Origin: Desulfobacterales bacterium
Lineage (GTDB): Bacteria > Desulfobacterota > Desulfobacteria > Desulfobacterales > UBA2245
Direction of reading: 5' to 3'
Assembly (NCBI GenBank): GCA_040771865.1
Contig: JAXGZF010000006.1
Span: 124,001-188,000, forward strand
DNA length: 64,000 nucleotides
Shown: positions 49,332-58,988 of the stretch, piece by piece
Numbering within the stretch: the first letter of the stretch is position 1
Layout: the number at the start of each line of letters is the position of its first letter
Notes under the pieces: model-generated
The model's input: the letters and a program-made list of their open reading frames with translations, nothing else
The model's database searches: none
Told to the model about the DNA's origin: nothing
Position numbers and translations under genes: made by a program

Positions 49332-50363
49332 ATGATGCGCTTCAGGGAAGAGACTGAAAACGCGGGCCGGAAATCGGTTTTCGACGTTCTGACGCCGGAA
49401 TTGATTTTCCGGTCCGTGGAAAAAGCAACCGGAAAAGTCCTCAGCGGACTGATCTATCCGCTTCCCAGTTATATCAACCGGGTCTACGAGCTACAGGATG
49501 AGGACAGGGGCCGGCTGATCGCCAAGTATTACCGGCCGGGCCGGTGGACGCGGGCCGCCTTGCAGGAAGAACACGATTTTGTGCTGGACTGCGCGGCGGA
49601 CGAGATACCCGTGGTGCCGCCGATTCGCCTTTTAAACGGAAGGACTCTCGACGAGGTCGAGGGAGTGTATTTTGCCGTTTATCCGAAACGGCTCGGCCGG
49701 CAGTTTGAAATTACCTGCGATGAGGACTGGACCCGGGTCGGAAGGCTTGCGGCCAGGATTCACGTCGCCGGCGCAAGGCGCAAAGCCGAGCATAGAGTGC
49801 GCCTGGATCCGAAAGTCTCGACGGCGGAAGACATCCGGCTGCTGACCAGCGGCGATCTGATGCCGCCTCAGATGAAGGCCTCGTTTCTGGATATCGGCAA
49901 CGGAATTCTCGATGAAATCTCGGAACTTTTTTCCCGTTCGGAGTTCATCCGGCTTCACGGGGACTGCCACCGGGGCAATCTTCTGGAACATCCCGACGAG
50001 GGTCTGCGAATCATCGATTTTGACGATATGATGATCGGTCCTCCGATTCAGGACATCTGGCTGCTGCTGCCTTCCCGGGCTCAGGATTGCCGCCGGGAGA
50101 TCGACCTGATTCTCAAGGGCTACGAACAGTTCCGGGCATTTGATGCGACCAGCCTTCGGCTCATCGAACCGCTGCGGGCCATGCGCATGATCTATTTTCT
50201 GGCCTGGTGCGGCCGTCAGAAGGACGACTACCGGTTCCGGGAAACTTTTCCGGACTGGGGAAAACCGGGTTTCTGGCAGCGGGAAATTGCGGATCTGACC
50301 CGCCAGCTTCAGGTGATTCAGGCGGAAAAACGGCTTCGGAAAGCCGTGTTATCGTTTTCCTGA
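49332..50363 (+). CDS. srkA: SrkA/RdoA-like serine/threonine kinase (APH family)
   Basis: SYINRVY, KYYRPGRW, EEH, LHGDCHRGN, DFDD, QDIW and FPDWG motifs. Confidence 0.88.
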   Translation: MMRFREETENAGRKSVFDVLTPELIFRSVEKATGKVLSGLIYPLPSYINRVYELQDEDRGRLIAKYYRPGRWTRAALQEEHDFVLDCAADEIPVVPPIRLLNGRTLDEVEGVYFAVYPKRLGRQFEITCDEDWTRVGRLAARIHVAGARRKAEHRVRLDPKVSTAEDIRLLTSGDLMPPQMKASFLDIGNGILDEISELFSRSEFIRLHGDCHRGNLLEHPDEGLRIIDFDDMMIGPPIQDIWLLLPSRAQDCRREIDLILKGYEQFRAFDATSLRLIEPLRAMRMIYFLAWCGRQKDDYRFRETFPDWGKPGFWQREIADLTRQLQVIQAEKRLRKAVLSFS

Positions 50364-50379
50364 GCGCTTGATTCGGCAA

Positions 50380-50868
50380 TCATGCGCCTTGAAATTCCAG
50401 CCTCAGGCTCTCATAAAGGACAATCCCGACAGCCGTCGAAAGGTTCAGGCACCGGATCGCATCACGGATCGGAATCCGGTAGGTGCAGGACGCGTACCGG
50501 TCGAGAATTCCGGCGGGAATGCCCCTGGTTTCGGATCCGAACACCAGAAAAAGGCGATTTACGCGGGGAAGATTCCAGAAGAGCTTTTTTCCGCTTTTGG
50601 TGATCAGCGCCACCTCTTCGGGCTTCAGGGCAAAAGCCTGGGTCAATTCGCTGAAGTCCTCCCATACGCAGAGCTTGACCCTGGGCCAGTAATCCAGGCC
50701 GGCCCGCTTGACCTGACGGCTTTCCAGGGAAAAACCCAGCGGCTTGATCAGATGCAGAAAAACACCGGCGCCCAGACAGGTCCGGCCGATGTTTCCCGTA
50801 TTCCAGTGCACCTCCGGGGCGATGAGGACCACATGACGCTGAAGATTCGGGCAAGCATTTTCCTTCAT
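50380..50868 (-). CDS. trmL: tRNA (cytidine/uridine-34 2'-O)-methyltransferase
   Basis: PEVHWNTGNIGRTC, KRAGLDYW, FGSETRG and RCLNLS motifs. Confidence 0.93.
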   Translation of the reverse strand: MKENACPNLQRHVVLIAPEVHWNTGNIGRTCLGAGVFLHLIKPLGFSLESRQVKRAGLDYWPRVKLCVWEDFSELTQAFALKPEEVALITKSGKKLFWNLPRVNRLFLVFGSETRGIPAGILDRYASCTYRIPIRDAIRCLNLSTAVGIVLYESLRLEFQGA

Positions 50869-51176
50869 ACCGGCCTTCCGCAGTACGGGCAGAATCGAAA
50901 TTTTTTTTCAAGAACCCGGCCGCAGTCCCGGCACCGGGTTTGATCAAAAAGCGCCGCATCTTCCGGTACAGGTGCGTTTGAATCGCCGGCATGACCGCAG
51001 CGGCCGCAGACCAGAACCGGCCGGCCGGTCTTCACCCGCAGTATGGGAATGAAAAACAGGTTCAGGTAATGGTCGATGCGGCACAGACGAGCCTGGGCCA
51101 GGCCGCATGCCGGGCAGGTCCTTGAAACCGGATCCAGAACCCTTGTTTTCGGCGAAATGCCGGCAATCAGAAACAT
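50865..51176 (-). CDS. Zinc-ribbon domain protein
   Basis: Four CxxC pairs and LFFIP. Confidence 0.85.
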   Translation of the reverse strand: MFLIAGISPKTRVLDPVSRTCPACGLAQARLCRIDHYLNLFFIPILRVKTGRPVLVCGRCGHAGDSNAPVPEDAALFDQTRCRDCGRVLEKKFRFCPYCGRPV

Positions 51177-51181
51177 GAGAA

Positions 51182-51739
51182 CTAAAAATTCCGCGGTTTG
51201 CAGATGATTTCCCGAATCCTGAGATCAAACAATCCGCTTTGATGCGCCGGTTTGATCACCAGGGCCGTATCCGCTCCGTGAGCGCTTCCCCCGACCGATA
51301 CGATGTCCTTTCCGCTCAGAGCTCCCGCATCCGCCGCCATGATGGAAATTTCCACGGCCACCTTGGTTCCCTGGCCGAAAAGCCTCAGGGTGTCGGCTAT
51401 CAACAGCACCGGGCATGAACCCGAGTATTTGTCGAAAATCGAACGCTCCACTCCGGAAAGCGCATGGGTGGCCGACACGACGCGAACGCCTATGGATTCG
51501 AGATCCTTTCGAACGTCCTCGGGCATCACCGGTTTAAAAGCCTCATCAAACCCGCAATGGTAGGTCACCGCAACAATCCTGAGCGCCTTGCATATCTCCA
51601 GGGCCTTGAAGGCGGTTCGACCGCTGGTCGTTGCCACCGCCATCTCGGCAATGCCCAGAATCTTTGCCCTTTCAGCGGCCAGTTGCAGGGTCTTTTCGGT
51701 ATTTTCCAGGCCCGGTGCATCGAAATACGTCATATCCAC
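51182..51739 (-). CDS. Stand-alone pyruvate-kinase C-terminal-like (alpha/beta) domain protein
   Basis: YFDAPGLENT, VATTSGRTA, HALSGVERS, LFGQGTKVAVEI.IMAADAG and GADTA motifs. Confidence 0.8.
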   Translation of the reverse strand: MDMTYFDAPGLENTEKTLQLAAERAKILGIAEMAVATTSGRTAFKALEICKALRIVAVTYHCGFDEAFKPVMPEDVRKDLESIGVRVVSATHALSGVERSIFDKYSGSCPVLLIADTLRLFGQGTKVAVEISIMAADAGALSGKDIVSVGGSAHGADTALVIKPAHQSGLFDLRIREIICKPRNF

Positions 51740-51821
51740 CTCCTGAGGTTGAAAAAGAATCCCATCTCGTATAGTCTGAATTTCACCTGAGGTTTTTTAC
51801 CATGATCGATGAATATTACAA

Positions 51822-52670
51822 GTGGAGCCTGCCGTGATCATCGACTTTCACGCTCATCTTTTTCCAAAAGCCATTCGAGACAACCGTGAGAAATATTTTC
51901 AGGATCCGGGGTTCCGGCTCCTGTACGACTGCCCGAAAGCGCCCACGGCCGGGGTCGATGCGCTTCTGGACTCCATGAACGCTCACGGCGTGAACCGGTC
52001 CGTGGTTTTCGGCTTTCCCTGGCAGGACTCGAAGATTCTGAGCATGCACAACGATTATATCATCGAAACGGTTCAAAAACATCCGGACCGGCTGACCGGA
52101 TTCTGCTGTGTGAACCCCCTGCGCCCCGATGCGGTGAACGAGGCTCGCCGGTGTCTGAATGCCGGTCTTTCGGGAATCGGTGAACTGGCTTTTTACGACA
52201 GCGGACTGGATGCGCCGGTATTGACAGCCCTTTCCCCCCTGATGGCGCTTTGCCGGTCGCGAAGCCTGCCGGTGCTGATTCACACTAACGAACCGGTGGG
52301 CAGGCACTATCCGGGAAAAGCCCCGATGACCCTGGCCCAGATCTACAGCCTCGTCAAAAGATTTGCCGATAACACGATCATCCTGGCGCACTGGGGCGGA
52401 GGGCTTTTGTTTTATCATCTTCTGAAAAGTGAGGCGAAATCAGCGCTGAAGAACGTCTTCTTTGATACGGCGGCATCCCCGTATCTTTACGATTCGGCGA
52501 TTTTTTCTGCTGCCGCATTCATCGCGGGTTCCGAAAAAATCCTGTTCGGAAGCGATTTTCCGCTGATCGGTCCGGAAAAATACCTCAGCCAGATTCAACA
52601 AAGCGGCCTTTCTGCTATTGATCAGGCGCGGATTGTGGGATTAAACGCGGCCCGCCTGCTCAAGCTCTGA
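51822..52670 (+). CDS. Amidohydrolase family (amidohydro_2) protein
   Basis: IDFHAH, GIGEL, LAHWGGG, FDTAA and FGSDFP motifs. Confidence 0.9.
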   Translation: MEPAVIIDFHAHLFPKAIRDNREKYFQDPGFRLLYDCPKAPTAGVDALLDSMNAHGVNRSVVFGFPWQDSKILSMHNDYIIETVQKHPDRLTGFCCVNPLRPDAVNEARRCLNAGLSGIGELAFYDSGLDAPVLTALSPLMALCRSRSLPVLIHTNEPVGRHYPGKAPMTLAQIYSLVKRFADNTIILAHWGGGLLFYHLLKSEAKSALKNVFFDTAASPYLYDSAIFSAAAFIAGSEKILFGSDFPLIGPEKYLSQIQQSGLSAIDQARIVGLNAARLLKL

Positions 52671-53906
52671 TGTTTTCATGCATTCAAGCGCCTGAATGCG
52701 GGACAGCACCGGAGGGTGGGAATAATTCAGGGCCACATAAAATTCATGGGGTTCAAGCTGGCTCAGGTTGTCGACGGACAGTTTTTTCAGGGCATCTACC
52801 AGCGACTTTGAATCTCCGGTGGTCCGGGCGGCGAAACGGTCCGCCGCATACTCCTGCCTGCGGGACATCCAGTTCATGGCGATGCCGGTAAAAAAATTGA
52901 CCGGCCCAAACAGGATCGAAAAAAACACCAGCCCGGCGTAGGTGGATTCGTGGGTCATGTAAAAGGCCTCGAAAAGTCTTGAATCGGAAATCACGATGCC
53001 CAGGAGGAACAGGAGAACGCCGGTGTGGACGATTCCCGCCGCCATGCGGACAGCGACGTGGCGCATTCGATAATGCCCCATTTCATGGGCCAGCACCGCC
53101 ACCAGTTCTGAAATGCCGTGCCGAGCGATCAGGGTGTCAAACAGGACGATGCGCCGGTTTTTTCCCAATCCGGTAAAAAAGGCGTTGGACCTGCTCGACC
53201 GCCTGGACCCGTCCATGACGACGATATTGCTGAGCGCAAAACCGATTCGTTTGGCGTATTCGAGAATAGCGGACCTGAGAGGTCCGGATTCAAGCGGGGT
53301 AAACCGGTTGAACAGGGGCAGAAGCCAGACCGGCGCGACAAACTGAACGCACAGCGTAAAACAGGCCGTTGCGGCCCAGGCCCACAGCCAGGCCCGGGGG
53401 CCGAAGCATTCAAAAAAATACAGAATGCCGGCGAGAAGCGGACCGCCCAGAATGACAAGCAGAAAAGCGCTCTTGAGTCGGTCCGTGAAAAAGGTACGCA
53501 GATCGGTTCTGTTGAATCCAAACCGGGCCTCGATGCTGAAGGTCCGGTATAGATCGAACGGCAGGGACCCGATCGACAGCGCCAGCAGCAGCGCGCCCAC
53601 ATACAGCAGCCCGCAGAATACCGGCCCCAGCTCAAGTCCACGAAGCGTCATATCGAGATGGTCAAACCCGGCGCCGAACCAGAACAGCAGCAGGGCGGCA
53701 AATCCCAGGCCGCGAACCGTCCAGCTCAGACGGGTTTTTGCGCACAGATAGGCCTGAGCGGCCTCATAGCGCTCCGGATCGTAAACGCCCCGAAAAGGCG
53801 CCGGTATCTCCCTGCCGGTATGCCTGGAATTCAGGACCTGGGCCCAAGTTTCCAGCAGTATCTGAAACGAAATGCCCGCCAGAATGAGGAGGGTCCATAT
53901 ATTCAT
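52641..53906 (-). CDS. M48 family (Ste24-like) membrane zinc metallopeptidase
   Basis: NAFFTG, AHEMGH (HExxH), EYAAD and SHPP motifs; multiple TMs. Confidence 0.94.
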   Translation of the reverse strand: MNIWTLLILAGISFQILLETWAQVLNSRHTGREIPAPFRGVYDPERYEAAQAYLCAKTRLSWTVRGLGFAALLLFWFGAGFDHLDMTLRGLELGPVFCGLLYVGALLLALSIGSLPFDLYRTFSIEARFGFNRTDLRTFFTDRLKSAFLLVILGGPLLAGILYFFECFGPRAWLWAWAATACFTLCVQFVAPVWLLPLFNRFTPLESGPLRSAILEYAKRIGFALSNIVVMDGSRRSSRSNAFFTGLGKNRRIVLFDTLIARHGISELVAVLAHEMGHYRMRHVAVRMAAGIVHTGVLLFLLGIVISDSRLFEAFYMTHESTYAGLVFFSILFGPVNFFTGIAMNWMSRRQEYAADRFAARTTGDSKSLVDALKKLSVDNLSQLEPHEFYVALNYSHPPVLSRIQALECMKTSELEQAGRV

Positions 53907-53923
53907 CAGACGCCTTTGCCCGA

Positions 53924-55861
53924 TCAGCCGCCGAGAGCCGACGCCATGAGCGATTCAACAATCCGGTTGAATCCGGAAGCGTCTTCCACCTTGCCCCCCT
54001 CGCCGATCACCGCCAGATCCATCAACAGCGCGCTGTAATCCTTGAGCGCAGGGTCATTCGGATCCTTTTCGAATACCATACGGATCTTTTCCATCACCGG
54101 ATGCTTCAGATTGAGTTCCAGTATCCGCTTGACCTCCGGCGGTTTTTGCCCGGATGCTTTCAGAATCTTTTCCATAAAGGGGCTCATGTCGTCGGCGTCC
54201 GCGGCCAGGCAGGACATCGATCGGGTCAGCCTGGTGGAAGGCTTGACGTCCTTGACCCTGTCGCCCAGCTGATTTTTGAAAAACGCGATCAGGCTTGAAA
54301 AATTGTCGGCATTCTTGTCTGCTGCTTGATCTTCAAGCTCGAGGTCCCCCTTTCCAACGCTGATAAGCGGTTTTCCGTCGTATTCGGTCAATGCCTGAAC
54401 CACCCATTCGTCCACCGGATCCGTCATCAGCAGAACCTCGAAGTCCTTTTCCCGAAGCTTTTCCAGGTGCGGACTGCGGGCAAGCGCGGCGGGGTTGTCG
54501 CCGGTAAGATAGTAGATCCGTTTCTGGTCCGGCTTCATGCCGGACACGTACTCCTTCAACGACACCGGTTTCTCCAGGGATCGGGTGGTCTTAAAGCGTA
54601 TCAGATCGGCGAGTTTGTCCCGGTTGGCCGCATCGGTGTAAACTCCCATTTTCAGAATCTGGCCGAATTCCCCATAAAACTTGAGATATTTTTCGGCTTC
54701 CATGCCGGCCAGAAGTTCCAGTATTTTTTTGACCAGATTCTTTTGAATGTTTCTCACCAGGCTGTCCTGCTGAAGAATCTCCCGGCTTACGTTGAGGTTC
54801 AGATCCGGGGCGTCGACCACTCCGCGGACAAAGCCCAGATATTCGGGAATCAGATCCTTGCAGTCTTCCATGATAAAAACCCGTTTGGAGTATAGCTGAA
54901 TCCCGTGTTTTCCATTCGGATGGAACAGATCCCAGGGCGCTTTTGCCGGAATGTACAACAGCGCGTCGTATTCGGCGGCGCCTTCGAATTTCATGTGAAC
55001 ATGGGCCAGCGGCTCGTTCCAGTCGTGACTGATGTGCTGGTAGAACTCCCGGTACGCCTCGTCGGTGATCTCTTTTTTATCCTTGGCCCAGATGGCCTTC
55101 ATGGAGTTCAGGGTTTCTTCCCGGACCACGGTGCGGGTCTTTTCGCCCACCGGCTTTCCGTCCGGACCGGTCAGGCGCTCGCTGTCCGGAACGGCTTCCT
55201 GAATCTCCACATCCATGACGATCGGGTACGCAACAAAATCCGAGTGCTTCTTAACCACCTCGCGCAGAGTCCAGGTCTGCGTAAAATCCGGATCTCCCTC
55301 CTCGGGTTCCTTGAGATGCAGAATGACCGTCGTTCCGCGTTTTTCTCTGACGGCGGGCTCTATGGTGTAGGCGCCGTCGCCGGCCGACTCCCACCGGACC
55401 GCGGTATCGGAACCGGCGGCGCGGGTAATCAGCGTCACCTTGGCGGCAACGATAAATGCGCTGTAAAAACCCACGCCGAACTGGCCGATCAGCTCCGAGG
55501 TGGAAGCGCCGTTCTTGCCGGCCTGATTCAAGGCCTCGCGAAAAGCGGCCGTACCGCTCTTGGCGATGGTGCCGATGTTTTCCATCACCTCTTCCTGGGT
55601 CATTCCGATTCCATTGTCGGACACCTTCAGAATGCGGTTTTTGGCATCCACCTCCAGCCGGATCTTCAATTCCCCGTCATCTTCGATAATATCGGGATCC
55701 GTCTGGGCCTTGAAACGCAAACGGTCCAGTGCATCGGACGCATTGGAGATCAGTTCCCGTAAAAATACCGTCTTGTTGGAATAAATCGAATTGATGATGA
55801 GCTTGAGAAGCTGCTGAACCTCTGTTTTGAATTCATGGGTCTGTCTGGCTGTTTCCGTCAC
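53924..55861 (-). CDS. htpG: Molecular chaperone Hsp90
   Basis: FLRELISNASDA, DNGIGM, IGQFGVGFYS and LNVSREILQ motifs; GTG start at 55861 after GGAGG. Confidence 0.97.
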   Translation of the reverse strand: MTETARQTHEFKTEVQQLLKLIINSIYSNKTVFLRELISNASDALDRLRFKAQTDPDIIEDDGELKIRLEVDAKNRILKVSDNGIGMTQEEVMENIGTIAKSGTAAFREALNQAGKNGASTSELIGQFGVGFYSAFIVAAKVTLITRAAGSDTAVRWESAGDGAYTIEPAVREKRGTTVILHLKEPEEGDPDFTQTWTLREVVKKHSDFVAYPIVMDVEIQEAVPDSERLTGPDGKPVGEKTRTVVREETLNSMKAIWAKDKKEITDEAYREFYQHISHDWNEPLAHVHMKFEGAAEYDALLYIPAKAPWDLFHPNGKHGIQLYSKRVFIMEDCKDLIPEYLGFVRGVVDAPDLNLNVSREILQQDSLVRNIQKNLVKKILELLAGMEAEKYLKFYGEFGQILKMGVYTDAANRDKLADLIRFKTTRSLEKPVSLKEYVSGMKPDQKRIYYLTGDNPAALARSPHLEKLREKDFEVLLMTDPVDEWVVQALTEYDGKPLISVGKGDLELEDQAADKNADNFSSLIAFFKNQLGDRVKDVKPSTRLTRSMSCLAADADDMSPFMEKILKASGQKPPEVKRILELNLKHPVMEKIRMVFEKDPNDPALKDYSALLMDLAVIGEGGKVEDASGFNRIVESLMASALGG

Positions 55862-56094
55862 CTTTCTGTCCTCCTGTTCTGAACCGGCAATACCGGGTTG
55901 ATATTCCAAATAATGGAATAAGATTATCCTGATTCCGTTTTTGTCAACCCATAAAAGTCTTTATGCGGCCGTATGTTTTTGACGTTCGAGTCCGCCTGAA
56001 AATAACGCGCTTTCGTTGATCCTGAGTTCAAGCCGTCTTGATTCCAACCGTTAACCCTGATAGTTTGACCGTCAAAAAGGCGGATCGATACCTC

Positions 56095-56949
56095 ATGTTT
56101 TCCATTTTAAAACGATTGCTGAAACTGTTTTCCTTTCGAAAACCGCGCGACATTGCGCAGCCGGAAGCGCCTTCGATTCCGGAACAGCCGGTCATTCCAA
56201 CGCCGGAAGTCGAAAAAAAGATCTTCCAGGCGGGCGCTGCGGAAAAACCGACTCAGAAGAAAATCAAGGTTCCGAAAACCAACCGCCACGGCCTGCTCCT
56301 GATCGACCCGAAGGAAGATCTCAATGCCCTTTTTACCCAAACGTCTCAGGAGAAGCCGATTCCGGAAAAGAGGGCTCGAACCCGCCCCAGGAATCGACAC
56401 GGAATCCGCCGGCTCACTTCATCCGACGATCTTTTCAGGCTTTTCGAAGAACAGAATCCGGACGCAACAACGCGGGCCGGTTCTCCCGATGAAGCGCAAA
56501 GCGTTGTTCTTCGGCGATTCGAGAAGGACAAACCGGCCGGACAGAACGAATTTGCCCGCATGCTCGAACGCCTTCTGGCCGGAAAAAGTCAGAAAGATCT
56601 GCTGCGGGAAAAGACGGACGGAGTTCAACCCAAGACCCTCCCGGTCAGCCTTCGGATCAAGCGCTATCCCGGCCCCCAGGCCGAGCTGGATCTTCATGGG
56701 GACACCGCCCGGCGGGCTGTGGAGAAAACCGCCCTGTTCATCGAGTCGTCCCGGCGTCACGGGCTTCTCACCCTTCGCATCATCGTGGGCAGGGGGTCGC
56801 ATTCTTCAGACGGACCGGTGCTTCCCGATGCGGTGGCCGGGAAGCTCTCGGAGCTGAAAAGCAGCGGCCGGATTCTGGATTTCCGCTGGGAGCCGCAGGG
56901 AAAGTCCAAAAGCGGGGCCGTGATCGTCTATCTGAATACGGAGGCATAA
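56095..56949 (+). CDS. Smr/MutS2 C-terminal domain protein
   Basis: ELDLHG, IIVGRGSHS and GAVIVYL motifs, after a long low-complexity N-terminus. Confidence 0.88.
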   Translation: MFSILKRLLKLFSFRKPRDIAQPEAPSIPEQPVIPTPEVEKKIFQAGAAEKPTQKKIKVPKTNRHGLLLIDPKEDLNALFTQTSQEKPIPEKRARTRPRNRHGIRRLTSSDDLFRLFEEQNPDATTRAGSPDEAQSVVLRRFEKDKPAGQNEFARMLERLLAGKSQKDLLREKTDGVQPKTLPVSLRIKRYPGPQAELDLHGDTARRAVEKTALFIESSRRHGLLTLRIIVGRGSHSSDGPVLPDAVAGKLSELKSSGRILDFRWEPQGKSKSGAVIVYLNTEA

Positions 56950-56953
56950 AGTC

Positions 56954-57694
56954 TTGATCGACGTTCTGAATTCAATTCCCGTGATAGCAATCGGAAGCGG
57001 CTGGCTGGCCGTGGAAAAACCCGAAGGCCTGAGCGTGCACAATGATCCTGAAAACGATCTGTGTTCACGCATTCAGGCGGCCATCGAAGCCGACGCGATC
57101 CTTCATGCCGCGCTGGATTATGATTCAGACTTTGGCGTGCATCCGGTTAACCGCCTGGACAGGGAAACCAGCGGCGTGATGGTGCTGGCCTGTTCGGCCG
57201 TCGCCTTTCGACATATCGCCCGCCTGTTCGAGGCGCATCAGGTGGAAAAGATCTATCAGGCCCTTTTGCATGGAAGGCTTGAAGCGGAGGCTCCTGAACA
57301 GGGCCTGTGGGACTGGCCGCTTTCCAGGGAAGCCGGAGGCCGCCGTCATCCGGCCGGAACCGGGAAAAAGGCACCCTGCCGGACCCGATTCGAGATACTG
57401 GATTACAGCGCCCATTATACCCGGGTCCTGTTCCGGCTTGAAACCGGACGAAAGCACCAGATCCGGCGCCACGCCAAACTCGCCGGTCACCCGGTGGTCG
57501 GAGACGAGCGCTACGGCTCTACCAGGGCGATCGTCCATCTGAAATCTAAAGGATTCAACCGTCTGGCCCTTCACTGCATGGCGATCGGCTTTGTCCCTCC
57601 CGGAAATTCAGAGTTTCTGGTCGTCCGGTCCCCGGAACTTCCCGAATCCATCCGCCTGCTGTTTGAAAAAGACAAGGCGATTTCAGCCCTTTAA
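56954..57694 (+). CDS. RluA-family RNA pseudouridine synthase
   Basis: KPEGLSVH, NRLDRETSG, TGRKHQIRRH, GDERYG and LALH motifs. Confidence 0.92.
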   Translation: MIDVLNSIPVIAIGSGWLAVEKPEGLSVHNDPENDLCSRIQAAIEADAILHAALDYDSDFGVHPVNRLDRETSGVMVLACSAVAFRHIARLFEAHQVEKIYQALLHGRLEAEAPEQGLWDWPLSREAGGRRHPAGTGKKAPCRTRFEILDYSAHYTRVLFRLETGRKHQIRRHAKLAGHPVVGDERYGSTRAIVHLKSKGFNRLALHCMAIGFVPPGNSEFLVVRSPELPESIRLLFEKDKAISAL

Positions 57695-58714
57695 ATGCCG
57701 GTTTCCCAGCTGCCCGCAGGCGCCGAGGATGGTCCGCCCTCGGGCGGGGCGTTTTCGCGCAATGACTCCTTCGGCTGCCAGCAGCTCGCAGAAACGGTCC
57801 AGCGCTGCCTCGTCAGGCGGCAAAAAATTGGGTTCCGACACCGGATTGCAGGCAATCACATTCACCTCGGCCCGAATCGGCGCCAGATATTCAGCCAGCT
57901 CCCGGGCATGTTCCGGGCGGTCGTTGCACCCTTTGATCAAAACATAGGCGATCATGATTTTTTCGAATTTTTTCAGGGGAAAGGCCATGAGGCTGGCCCG
58001 AAGCCTTTGCATGGAATGCCTTTGATTGATGGGCATCAGCCTGGATCGAAGGGCATCGCTGGAAGCGTTTAGAGACACGCCCAGATTCGGCCTGAACGGA
58101 TGCAGCGCGGCCAGTTTTTCGATCCCGTCGATAATGCCCGCTGTGGACAGTGTGATGTAACGATACGCGATATCCAGGCCACGGGGATCGTTCATCACGC
58201 GAACGGCCTGAATCACGGCGTCGAAATTGTCAAAAGCCTCCCCCATGCCCATGAAGACGACGTTTCGAATATCGCGGCCCAGTTCGTTGCGGGCGGCGGT
58301 CACCTGTCCCACGATTTCGGATGCGGTCAGATTGCGGATCAGCCCCATCCTGCCGGTCTCGCAAAACCGGCATCCCATCCGGCATCCCACTTGGCAGGAA
58401 ACGCAGAGCGTGGTGCGGCCGGTCATCGGAATGACGACGGATTCGATTTCCAGCCCGTCGGAAAGCCGGGTGACGAACTTGATCACATCGTCTTCCCGGT
58501 GCTGATCGCACACGCTTCCCGCATCGGCAACCAGGTTGGTTTCCATGGCCCGGGCCAGCCCCGAAGATGCATGGAATTCAGGCAGGGCGGAAAAATCCGT
58601 CCGACCGGTGCGGTAAAAATGCTTGTAAGCGGCCGACGCATGAAAACTTCCCCTGCCGTACCGTTCCTGAATCTGTTTCTCGAAATCAGCGTAAGTCAGT
58701 TCCAGAATATTCAA
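57683..58714 (-). CDS. rlmN: RlmN-family radical SAM RNA methyltransferase
   Basis: IESV, SCQVGCRMGCRFCETG, FMGMGE and ACGQL motifs. Likely TTG start at 58714, after the small upstream ORF. Confidence 0.88.
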   Translation of the reverse strand: MNILELTYADFEKQIQERYGRGSFHASAAYKHFYRTGRTDFSALPEFHASSGLARAMETNLVADAGSVCDQHREDDVIKFVTRLSDGLEIESVVIPMTGRTTLCVSCQVGCRMGCRFCETGRMGLIRNLTASEIVGQVTAARNELGRDIRNVVFMGMGEAFDNFDAVIQAVRVMNDPRGLDIAYRYITLSTAGIIDGIEKLAALHPFRPNLGVSLNASSDALRSRLMPINQRHSMQRLRASLMAFPLKKFEKIMIAYVLIKGCNDRPEHARELAEYLAPIRAEVNVIACNPVSEPNFLPPDEAALDRFCELLAAEGVIARKRPARGRTILGACGQLGNRHLKG

Positions 58715-58739
58715 CTGAGGTGTTCCTGTGCTGCATTCT

Positions 58740-58940
58740 CTATTGTTTTTTGATAATTCGTACAGGCCGGGGAGGCTGGGTGAAATCGCAGGTCCACCAC
58801 AGAGTCCCTTCAAGCTGCACTTCGGTCACCTCGCCGTAACTGGCCAGAGTCCGTTGATTCTCATCGTAAAGATTCTCGGGGTCGATCTCTTCCCAGCAGC
58901 AGGGAAAGAGTTCTATCTCGAATTCAATTTTGCGGCTCAT
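58740..58940 (-). CDS. Small acidic hypothetical protein (66 aa)
   Basis: GGAAGGA RBS; fits between the transporter and rlmN on the same strand. Confidence 0.6.
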   Translation of the reverse strand: MSRKIEFEIELFPCCWEEIDPENLYDENQRTLASYGEVTEVQLEGTLWWTCDFTQPPRPVRIIKKQ

Positions 58941-58988
58941 CGGTCTTTCCTTCCAGATTATTTCATTGATATTCCGGTCTCAGGAAGC

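Noticed and set aside
55975..56040. tRNA T-loop-like strings (gttcgagtcc, gttcaagcc)
   Set aside because: No cloverleaf or acceptor stem can be built around them.
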